Shown here: piece by piece, positions 1-8,047 of the stretch
Layout: every line of letters begins with the position of its first letter
Position numbering within the stretch: position 1 is the first letter of the stretch
Origin: Acidobacteriota bacterium
Lineage (GTDB): Bacteria > Acidobacteriota > UBA890 > WLXD01
NCBI GenBank assembly: GCA_963666055.2
Contig: CAXWPH010000015.1
Location: forward strand, 1,408,001 to 1,472,000
DNA: 64,000 nucleotides
Direction of reading: 5' to 3'
Program-made: the position numbers and the translations under genes
Notes under the pieces: model-generated
Told to the model about the DNA's origin: nothing
Database searches by the model: none
Seen by the model: only the letters and a program-made list of their open reading frames with translations

Positions 1-348
1 GTCCTCGACAACAAGACGCTGGCGCTAGCCGATTTCTCCGGGAACCGCCAGTACCTATCGGTCGGCAACCTCGATGAGAACAATCGCGCTTTCATCTTCT
101 TGATGGACTACCCCAATCGGCGACGCATCAAGATCTGGGGATACGCAGAGTTTGTCGAGGATGCGCCGGCACTCCTCGAGCGCCTGGTCGACCCAGCCTA
201 TGGAGCAAGCGTCGAGCGCGCGCTGGTGTTTCACGTCGAGGCGTGGGACGTGAACTGCCCCCAGCACATCAACCCGAGATTCACCGAGGAGGAGATCTCA
301 GCTCGGCGAACCTCGGAGCCGCGGCGAGCCCTCGCAGACACCGGGTAG
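1..348 (+). CDS. Pyridoxamine 5'-phosphate oxidase-like FMN-binding protein (5' truncated by window edge)
   Basis: Frame +1 is open from base 1: VLDNKTLALADFSGNRQYLSVGNL...FLMDYPNRRRIKIWG...AWDVNCPQHI, typical of this family's C-terminus. Confidence 0.8.
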   Translation, partial: VLDNKTLALADFSGNRQYLSVGNLDENNRAFIFLMDYPNRRRIKIWGYAEFVEDAPALLERLVDPAYGASVERALVFHVEAWDVNCPQHINPRFTEEEISARRTSEPRRALADTG

Positions 349-360
349 AGAACATCACCG

Positions 361-1860
361 TCACGCTCTTCGAGGTTGCCTCACGGCCGGCCTTCCGCTC
401 CCCGGCTGGCCTGTAACGCGTCCTTCTTCGTAGACGACCTCGCCTCGGCGGATGGTGATGACCGGCCAGCCCGTAACGACCCATCCCTCGAAGGGGGTGT
501 AATCCGAGCGCGAGGGGTCGTCGGCAGCACCGGCGATCCGTTCGAGCTCCGGGTCGAAGATCACCAGGTCGGCGATCGAGCCCTCACGAACGGTGCCACG
601 CTCCGGGTAAAGTCCAAAGGTCCTGGCCGCTGCGGTCGAGGTGGCCTCGACGAACCGCTCTTCGGAGATCCCCCCCTTGCGAACGCCCTCGGAGAAGAGC
701 ACGGGGCGCATGAAGCGGAGATCGCTGACGCCCGGCCGGAGCCGCCCCACATCGAGCTCCGGGTCCAGCTTCTGCTCTCGTGTCCAAGGCGCATGGTCGG
801 TGGCAAGGAAGTCGATGCGCCCGTCTACAAGACCCCGCCACATGGCATCGACGTCAGCCGCCGACCGCAGCGGTGGCTGGCCGATATAGAGGGGGCCGTT
901 GTCTCCCCGCAGCCACTCCTCGGTGAAGTAGAGGTAGAGGGGTCTGGTCTCGATGCTGAGCGGCAAGCGCACGGCGTGTGGGTTACGCGCCGCCGCCAGC
1001 GCCCGCGACAACGAAAGATGCACCAAGTGCATCGGCGCCCTGGTGAGCTCGCACAAAGCGACGGCTTCCTGGGTTGCGGCGACCTCGGCGATCTCGGGTC
1101 GGCTCTCGGCGTAGTGGCGGAGCGAGGTTCGACCCTCCCGGCGGAGCCGCCGGAGCGCAGCGTCCAGCATCGCACCGTCCTCGCAGTGCATGAGCGTGAC
1201 GACTCCGGCATCGCGCGCCGCCTCGAGCACATCGATCAAGGCGCTCCGATGCTGCCCGAAATCCGACTGCGTCATGAAGATCTTGTGGCTCGGCTGCCCC
1301 CGCGCCGCAAGCTCGGGCATCAGCGCCGCAAACTCAGCGCTTGGCGGCCAGGTGAAGGCATGGAAGAAAACGTCACCGATGGCGCTCACGCTGACCTCGG
1401 CAAGGCACCGGTCCATCGCCTCCACCGCGGTTTCGCCGTCACGCGGATACGCGAACGTCCCCACCGTCGTGATGCCGCCCGCCAGCGCCGGGGAGGTGCC
1501 GGTGGTGAGATCATCAACGAAGGCCCCTTGCATGTGTGTGTGCGGGTCGATGCCGCCGGGGATGACCAGGTGGCCGGTTGCGTTGATGACGCGCGCCTCA
1601 GTGCCGGCGGCGAGATCCGGCGCGACCTCGGCGATAACATCTCCCAGGATGCGCACATCGGCCGTCTGGCTGCTGTCGGCGTTGATGATCCGACCACCGC
1701 GAATCAGGGTTTCGGGCGCCTGCTGCTGTGCCCCGGGTTGCGCCGGGCCCGAAGTTCCACCTTGCCGCACGAGTGAGCCGTCGGCCTGGGCGAGGCGCGC
1801 CGTCGCACCCAGTCCGACTGCGGCCGCGGCCAGATTGTGGATTGCTTCTCGGCGGTTCAT
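361..1860 (-). CDS. Dihydropyrimidinase/hydantoinase-like cyclic amidohydrolase with putative Tat signal
   Basis: PGGIDPHTH, HKIFM (carboxylated Lys position), MHCED, VHLS and ATDHAP motifs; N-terminus MNRREAI...ARLAQA. Confidence 0.85.
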   Translation of the reverse strand: MNRREAIHNLAAAAVGLGATARLAQADGSLVRQGGTSGPAQPGAQQQAPETLIRGGRIINADSSQTADVRILGDVIAEVAPDLAAGTEARVINATGHLVIPGGIDPHTHMQGAFVDDLTTGTSPALAGGITTVGTFAYPRDGETAVEAMDRCLAEVSVSAIGDVFFHAFTWPPSAEFAALMPELAARGQPSHKIFMTQSDFGQHRSALIDVLEAARDAGVVTLMHCEDGAMLDAALRRLRREGRTSLRHYAESRPEIAEVAATQEAVALCELTRAPMHLVHLSLSRALAAARNPHAVRLPLSIETRPLYLYFTEEWLRGDNGPLYIGQPPLRSAADVDAMWRGLVDGRIDFLATDHAPWTREQKLDPELDVGRLRPGVSDLRFMRPVLFSEGVRKGGISEERFVEATSTAAARTFGLYPERGTVREGSIADLVIFDPELERIAGAADDPSRSDYTPFEGWVVTGWPVITIRRGEVVYEEGRVTGQPGSGRPAVRQPRRA

Positions 1861-1939
1861 ATCGGCGTGCGTATCAACGCGGTAGCGCCATGCTCCCCCG
1901 GCACCGGCTCCGATCGCGCCACGCCCATCAGCGGCTCCC

Positions 1940-3919
1940 TTACGGCAAGCCCAGCGCGACCCATTCGGCCGGGTAGTCGCGGCCGCCGATGGCCACCACG
2001 ACGTACTGTTTGCCGTCGTGCAGGTAGGTCATCGGCGCGCTTGTCGTGCCTGCCGGCAGCTCCATCTCCCAGATCGTCTCGCCGGTGCTCTTGTCCAACG
2101 CGCGGAACATGGTTCCCCAGTGACCGCGGGCGACGCCTGGCATGGCGTCACTCCCCTCGCCGATGAACAGTATTGTCTTGGTGACGAGCGGTGCCGCCCG
2201 GTTGGCGATGCCGAGCGGCGGAAGGTCGAGATCTTGCAACATGGGGTGATTGCGTGGGCCATCACCAACCGGGACCATCCACATGTGCTCACCCTCGTTC
2301 ATGTCGATGGCGGTGAGTCGCCCGTAGGGCGGTTTGGTGAGTGGGAGGCCGAACGGAGTGGCCAGTTCCTGATGCCGCTGTCGCCAGCCGCGACCGGCTG
2401 CCCCTGCTGGTGCCCTCTTGATCACGTAGTCCATCGTCGCGTCGCCGGTGGCTGCGACCATGTCGTTGATGTACGGGAGCGTGTGCGACGCGGCGTAGAA
2501 CACGCCGGTCTCCGGATCGAACGCCGGAGTGTGCCAGTTCGCCGCACCCCAGGTTCCCGGTACCACGATCGTGCCGTTGGCCGCCTCGTCCGCCAACGAC
2601 GGCGGCGTGAAGATCGGACCGGTGACGTACTGATTCATGATCCTGAGCGCCTCGGCCCTGAGCTCGGGCGTGAAGTCGATCAGGTCGTCCTCGGTCAAGC
2701 CCTGGCGGTCGAACGGTGGCGGCTTGGTCGGAAACGGCTGCGTCGGCGAGGTCTGCTCGCCGGGAACCGTCGATTGCGGTACCGGCCGCTCTTCGATGGG
2801 CCACACCGGCTCGCCCGACTCCCGATCAAAGACGTAAACAAACCCGGTCTTGTTGGGCTGCATCACCGCCTTGATCCGCTTGCCATCGACCGTGATGTCA
2901 CCGAGAACAGGGGCGCCGATGTTGTCGTAGTCCCAGAGATCGTGATGAACCATCTGGAAATGCCACACGCGCTTGCCGGTCTTGGCGTCGATGGCCACAA
3001 GGCTGTCGGCGTACAGGTTGTCCCCGGGCCGGTGGCCTCCGTAGAGGCTGTTGCTGGGAGCGGTCAGCGGCACATACACGTAGCCGAGCTCTTCGTCGGC
3101 GCTGAGCCCGCACCAGGCACCCATGGCGCCCCCGTACCACCACGAGTCACCCCAGGTGTCCTCGCCGAACTCGCCCGGCCGTGGCCTCACGTGGAACGTC
3201 CACATGAGCTCGCCGGTACGCACGTCGTAACCCCGTACATCCTCCGGAGCGGCTTCTTTCTTGTTTCCGAAGTCGCCACCGCCACCGCCGTTCCCGGCAA
3301 CGACCACAACGTCGCCGACGACAACCGGGCCGCCGCTCGACCAGAAGTTCCCTGCCCACGGCAAGTCGCGGTCGAGGTCGACGCGCCCGTCTTTGCCGAA
3401 GTCAGGGTAGTACGTGCCGGTTCTGGCGTTCAGGGCGTAGAGGTACCCGGCTCTCGCCACGAAGACGCGCCGGTCGGTGCCGCTCTCCCAGTAGTCGAGG
3501 CCGCGGGAGCTCGAGCCCCTCATGCCTTCCGGGGTGCTGTCGAACGGCTCCTGTCCCCAGACCGTCTTGCCGGTTCCGGCGTCGAAGGCCTCCACCAGCC
3601 CGACGCCGTTGGGGGCGTAGAGCACCCCACCGACCATGATCGGCGTCGACCGCAGGTTGTCGTTGACGTTGAGATCGGGGAACGCCTGTTTCAGCTGGGC
3701 GGTTACCTTGGGGCGACGCCAGAGGATCTCGAGATCGCCGACGTTGTCGAGATTGATCTGATCAAGAGGCGAGTACCTGGTGAACCCCTTGTCCCCGCCG
3801 TAGTAGTGCCACTCGCCCACCCGCTCCGGCGCGCTCTCCTGGGCCCGAGCTATCAGGCCCGTCGCCATGACAAGGCCCACACACAGGGCCGTCCTGATCG
3901 ATCGTTGGATCCCCAGCAT
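1940..3919 (-). CDS. PQQ-dependent (glucose/quinate-type) dehydrogenase, exported
   Basis: EWHYYGGD..RYSPLDQIN, LVAIDAKTGKRVWHFQMVHHDLWDYD, PVWPIEERPVPQS and PMTY...GKQYVVVA motifs; AGGAGG RBS before ATG 3919; signal peptide. Confidence 0.88.
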   Translation of the reverse strand: MLGIQRSIRTALCVGLVMATGLIARAQESAPERVGEWHYYGGDKGFTRYSPLDQINLDNVGDLEILWRRPKVTAQLKQAFPDLNVNDNLRSTPIMVGGVLYAPNGVGLVEAFDAGTGKTVWGQEPFDSTPEGMRGSSSRGLDYWESGTDRRVFVARAGYLYALNARTGTYYPDFGKDGRVDLDRDLPWAGNFWSSGGPVVVGDVVVVAGNGGGGGDFGNKKEAAPEDVRGYDVRTGELMWTFHVRPRPGEFGEDTWGDSWWYGGAMGAWCGLSADEELGYVYVPLTAPSNSLYGGHRPGDNLYADSLVAIDAKTGKRVWHFQMVHHDLWDYDNIGAPVLGDITVDGKRIKAVMQPNKTGFVYVFDRESGEPVWPIEERPVPQSTVPGEQTSPTQPFPTKPPPFDRQGLTEDDLIDFTPELRAEALRIMNQYVTGPIFTPPSLADEAANGTIVVPGTWGAANWHTPAFDPETGVFYAASHTLPYINDMVAATGDATMDYVIKRAPAGAAGRGWRQRHQELATPFGLPLTKPPYGRLTAIDMNEGEHMWMVPVGDGPRNHPMLQDLDLPPLGIANRAAPLVTKTILFIGEGSDAMPGVARGHWGTMFRALDKSTGETIWEMELPAGTTSAPMTYLHDGKQYVVVAIGGRDYPAEWVALGLP

Positions 3920-4058
3920 CCCCGACACCTCCTGGTTACGGATTCCCTAGGTCGTTGAAAGTCGGTGCCCTGAGCGCCCGAGCCTTCCGCGCAACACTCT
4001 ATTCGCGCCACAGCGCCCAAGCGAACCCTCTGGGAGGTGCCGCAGGCAAAACAGTTGC

Positions 4059-4108
4059 CAGGGTGCCGAAGAACTCTGGCCCACTAGCGTTGTTCAACAC
4101 CCTGCTAG
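4059..4108. repeat. Short imperfect inverted-repeat element (MITE/REP-like) ending in CTAG at the cyclase stop codon
   Basis: cagggtgccgaagaac...gttgttcaacaccctg (13/16 IR); 4059-4078 matches 61272-61291 in reverse complement at 19/20. Confidence 0.5.
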
Positions 4109-5073
4109 AAGGTGGCGATCGGATTCAGTGGGGATCCCGTTCCGCCGGGAACGCGCAGGGGCGCCGCCGTCAGCAGAAACTCCCAACGGTTCTGCCGTGC
4201 TGCCTCCGCCGCAACGTCTTCGAGATCGAGGTTGTCGAAGATCGGCATACCCAACGCCACCAGCGCCGGGACGTGGACCGGATGGGTCTCGCCTTCGACA
4301 CCCGATGGGAACACGTCGGCGGCCGAGTCGCTCCCGAGAATCGCGACGCCGCGCTCCTTGAGCCACTTGATCGTCGAGGCATGGAGTCCCGCCTCTTGTT
4401 CTTCGACGACCCATGGGCCGCTCTCGTCTCGCAAAGCCCACCGCCCGGTGCGGATCAGTACGACGTCTCCCGCGCCCACCGTGACCTGCGCTTGCCGCTC
4501 CCAGGCCTCCAGATCTTCGATGTAGATCGGCGTGCCGCTGGCGAGGTAGGGAACGTTCTTGAGCCGTGGGATATCCATCAGAATGCCGCGCGTAAAGATG
4601 CCGTGGCGAGCCGCCGTCACCGCCAGCTGCCCGCATCCGGCCTCGGTCACGCTGCTGCGAGCATAGCCGTTGTACGTCTTCCCATCGTGAAAGCGATGGC
4701 AGAGCGCATCCATGTGGCTGTGAGCATATCCGTGGAAGACCACGCCGATATCGTCGACCGCCCACGGCCCCTCAGTGGCGCCATGCAGCAGCATCTGGTG
4801 GCGATAGGGATTGCCGTTGTCGGGACTGCTCTCGGTGAGAGTGTCATGCGCCATCGATACCGAGATGCCCTTCGTTACCAGGGCTGCGGCTGCTTTGCGC
4901 TGCTGCTGCGTGATCAGATTCAGGGTGCCGAGCTGGTCGTTGTCTCCCCAGCGTCCCCAGTTGGAGAGCTCCGTCATCCAACGGTCATAGGTGGCGCGAT
5001 CCACCGGCCTTGGTCCCTGTGCCGAAAGCGGCGTCGCCAAGAGTAGAACCAAGCCAGCCGTCCAAATCTTCAT
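4105..5073 (-). CDS. Cyclase family (kynurenine formamidase-like) metal-dependent hydrolase, exported
   Basis: SNWGRWG.DQLGTLN, HGYAHSHMDALCH, GDVVLIRTG and GTGSPLNPIA motifs; start MKIWTAGLVLLLATPLSAQ with GGAGG RBS. Confidence 0.88.
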   Translation of the reverse strand: MKIWTAGLVLLLATPLSAQGPRPVDRATYDRWMTELSNWGRWGDNDQLGTLNLITQQQRKAAAALVTKGISVSMAHDTLTESSPDNGNPYRHQMLLHGATEGPWAVDDIGVVFHGYAHSHMDALCHRFHDGKTYNGYARSSVTEAGCGQLAVTAARHGIFTRGILMDIPRLKNVPYLASGTPIYIEDLEAWERQAQVTVGAGDVVLIRTGRWALRDESGPWVVEEQEAGLHASTIKWLKERGVAILGSDSAADVFPSGVEGETHPVHVPALVALGMPIFDNLDLEDVAAEAARQNRWEFLLTAAPLRVPGGTGSPLNPIATF

Positions 5074-5279
5074 CGTGTGCACCAGACCTCCCGACGGATT
5101 CGATGCTGAGCGCAGACTCTGCGCGACCGAGTGTGTGCTTTCTCCATATCGAAGACAGCACACTAGCAGAGAGCAAGCCTGCATCGCCCGAGCTTCGGGT
5201 ATGCTCACCATGGCGTCGGTGTTGAGCCCCGGCGGCTCGCACAGCCGCCTGCCAGCCACGGATCGTCGGAGTCTGTCCC

Positions 5280-6431
5280 ATGAGCATCGCCGCGGAACGC
5301 CTCGACGCGTTCGCCCTGGCCCGACCGACCGCCGTTCCATGGTTCCTGTGGGCCGTAGCGTTCGCGTCCACGTCGGTGTTGGTCGGGGTGGTCTGGGACA
5401 TCTCCTGGCACTCGACGATCGGGCGCGACACTTTCTGGACCCCGGCGCATCTGGCGATCTACCTGGGCGGCGTTGTGGCCGGTCTCGCTTGTGGGGGCCA
5501 CGTCTTGTGGCTGTCGTTCATCGCCCCGGCCGAGAAGCGGGCGTCGTCCGTTTGCTTTTGGCGCTGGTTCTACGGTCCGATGGGCGCCTGGCTGTGCATC
5601 TGGGGGGCGTTGGCGATGATTACCTCGGCGCCATTCGACGACTGGTGGCACAACGCCTACGGTCTAGATGTCGAGATTCTGAGCCCGCCGCACATCGTCC
5701 TCCTGTTCGGAATCATGGCGATCCAGGTCGGGGCGCTGGTCATGGCGCTGGCGCGGCAGAACCGCTTCCCCGAGGATCGCGCACTGCCCTGGATCTATGC
5801 CTACACCGCCGGCCTGTTGATCCTCGGACTCGACACCGCGGCGTCGGAGTACCTGGCGCGGCCCAACCAGTGGCACAGCCAGGAGTTCTTCACCGTCAGC
5901 GCGCTGCTGTTTCCGCTGCTACTGGTGGGTGCTGCCAAGGGCGGTGGCCTGCGATGGCCGGCGACCGCAGCCGCCGGCGTCTACATGACCTTCAAGGTCG
6001 GCATGATCCTGGTCCTACAGTTGTTCCCCGCCACACCGATGCTGGCGCCGATCTATAACCCGGTGGACCGTATGGTCCCGCCGAGCTTCCCGCTCTTGCT
6101 GGTAGTAGCGGCAGTCGCCATCGACCTGTTGTTGGGGTGGCTCGATAGGCGCTGGCGTTGGTTGCAGGCACTGGTGATCGGCGTCGTCTTCCTGGCGGTT
6201 CACTTTGTGGTTCAGTGGCTGATGGGCGATCTGCTGCTGACACCGCTGGGGCGCAACGCCCTCTTCGTAGCCGACCGGTTCTCCTACATGGCGCAGCCCG
6301 GCGACTGGTGGTTCTCGTTCTGGGGGCGCACTGCGAACGCCGGAGGTATGGCCATTGCCGCCGTCATCGCGGTGTTTTCCGCCCGCGTGGGGCTGAGCTG
6401 GGGCGTCTGGATGGAGCGCGTGCAGCGGTGA
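5280..6431 (+). CDS. Polytopic membrane protein with PmoC/AmoC-like copper-site motifs and PmoA-like C-terminal half
   Basis: DISWHSTIGRDTFWTPAH and DDWWHNAYGLDVEILSPPH match the PmoC CuC and CuD ligand spacings; about 9-10 hydrophobic segments. The CDS itself is secure; the function is inferred. Confidence 0.7.
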   Translation: MSIAAERLDAFALARPTAVPWFLWAVAFASTSVLVGVVWDISWHSTIGRDTFWTPAHLAIYLGGVVAGLACGGHVLWLSFIAPAEKRASSVCFWRWFYGPMGAWLCIWGALAMITSAPFDDWWHNAYGLDVEILSPPHIVLLFGIMAIQVGALVMALARQNRFPEDRALPWIYAYTAGLLILGLDTAASEYLARPNQWHSQEFFTVSALLFPLLLVGAAKGGGLRWPATAAAGVYMTFKVGMILVLQLFPATPMLAPIYNPVDRMVPPSFPLLLVVAAVAIDLLLGWLDRRWRWLQALVIGVVFLAVHFVVQWLMGDLLLTPLGRNALFVADRFSYMAQPGDWWFSFWGRTANAGGMAIAAVIAVFSARVGLSWGVWMERVQR

Positions 6432-7887
6432 ACGCCCTCCGCACCGTGGGGGCAACTGCGGCTCCGGCGACGGTGGCACTCGCCCTGTTTGTTGCCCTGC
6501 TCGGCCCGCCCCGTGCCGACGCTCATGTGGGTAGCCCGAATGTCTTCTTCGAGGGAATGGCGGGGCCCTATCCAGTGCGGGTCATTATTCGTCCGCCGGG
6601 TGTCGTGCCCGGCCTCGCCGAGATCGCGGTCCGGCTACAGGCGCCAGTAGACGCGGTCAGCATTCGCTTGTTTCGCTGGGATGTCGGCGAGCAGGGCGCG
6701 CCGCCGAGCTCTACTCGGCCGCGCTCTGGTTGATGACCACTGGGGCACACAGCGTCGAGGTAACGGTGCAAGGTCCCGAGGGCGAGGGTCGTGCGCTGGT
6801 GCCTTTCGAGTCGATCCGCCGCGAGATATTGGAAATGGAGCGCGGGGTTGCGGCCATGCTCGTCGGCATGGGGCTGTTCCTGTTCGTCGGCGCCGTCACC
6901 ATCCTCGCTGTCAGCGTGCGCGAGAGCACGCTCGCTCCAGGAGAGAACGCGGACGCCAGGCGCCGCTGGCGTGGGGCGGTCGCGGCCGCTGTTGCCACCA
7001 TCCTGTTTGCCGCCATGCTCTGGTTTGGCTGGTATTGGTGGAGTGACATCGATGCGGCCTACCGGTTGGCTATCTTCGAGCCCATGCCGACCACGGCGAC
7101 GGTCGAGACCATTGCCGGGGCAGCAGTGCTCGATCTGGCGATCACCGACCAGCGTTGGATCGATGGTGGTTGGTCGCCGCTGATCCCCGACCACGGGAAG
7201 CTCATGCACATGTTCCTGGTGCGCGACGACCTCGGCGCCTTCGCCCACGTGCATCCGGTACCCGCCGACGATTCCAGCTTCCGGCTGCGGATGCCGCCTC
7301 TACCGGAGGGTAACTATCGACTCTATGCCGACATCGTGCACGAGAGTGGCTTCAGCCAGACCTTGGTCAACCAGATCGAGCTGCTGTCGCCGGCTGCCGA
7401 GGTAGCTGAGCCAGGTGCTACACCCGTGCCGGGGGAGCTGCCTGCGGTCGATCCCGACGACTCATGGACGGTAGGCCTCCACAGCGGTGACGCCGTGCTG
7501 TTCGATGACGGCACGGAGGTTGAATGGGTGCGTCCCGCTGGCCCCATCGTGGTAGGCGACGACCTCACGCTCGAGTTCCAGGTACGCGATGGAACCGGGC
7601 AGCCGGTCGCGCTCGAGCCCTACATGGGCATGCTGTCGCACAGCGCCATCACACGTGAGGACGGCGCCGTATTCGTTCACCTGCATCCGACCGGCAGCAT
7701 CTCGATGGGGGCCCTCATGGTGGCAAGCGAGCGCCTCAATGTGGCAACCGACCACATGGCCCCCCGCGTGCCGGGCCGCGTCGCCTTTCCCTACGCCTTT
7801 CCTCGGGCAGGGACCTATCGTGTCTGGGTGCAGGTAAAGAACGAAGGCCGTGTCTACACAGCCGACTTCGAGATGACGGTCCAATAG
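6428..7887 (+). pseudogene. Exported His-rich metal-binding protein (signal peptide, N-terminal His, soluble domain, 2 TM, two HxHP domains); frameshifted near 6703-6706
   Basis: GTG 6428 overlaps the upstream TGA. ...RADA|HVGSPNVFFEG...GAPP continues in another frame as AELYSAALWLMTTG...; DHGKLMH..AHVHP and MGMLSH..VHLHP motifs. Confidence 0.7.
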
Positions 7888-7945
7888 CAGGCCGTCGCGT
7901 GCCCCTGCGCGATACGTCTCATGCCAGACGTCCCCTTGGGGGCAT

Positions 7946-7967
7946 GGGGGGGGGGGGGGGGGGGGGG
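7946..7967 (+). repeat. G22 homopolymer
   Basis: 22 consecutive G residues read directly. Confidence 0.9.
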
Positions 7968-8047
7968 CGCTGCTAGGTTTCCGGCGCAACGCGACGTCGT
8001 GACGTGAGGATCACGGGTCGCGTGATTCCAACCTAGAGGAGATCCGC

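Noticed and set aside
2920-2950. WDYD motif in the PQQ dehydrogenase as a lanthanide-dependence signature
   Set aside because: The second Asp is diagnostic in methanol/ethanol dehydrogenases, but HHDLWDxD is also standard in the glucose dehydrogenase-type family, so it is not informative alone.
376-3958. Long antisense ORFs (376-1776, 2018-3958; likewise 9665-11200, 24855-26588, 35557-37584, 61938-63611)
   Set aside because: They are shadows of real genes on the other strand or frame in high-GC DNA, with Arg/Pro/Gly-rich composition and no family motifs.
5280-7887. Calling the locus bona fide pmoCAB/amoCAB (methane or ammonia oxidation)
   Set aside because: Similarity is confined to motifs and topology, gene sizes differ, and the PmoB HxH is not in its usual place. 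It is reported only as a remote CuMMO-like candidate.
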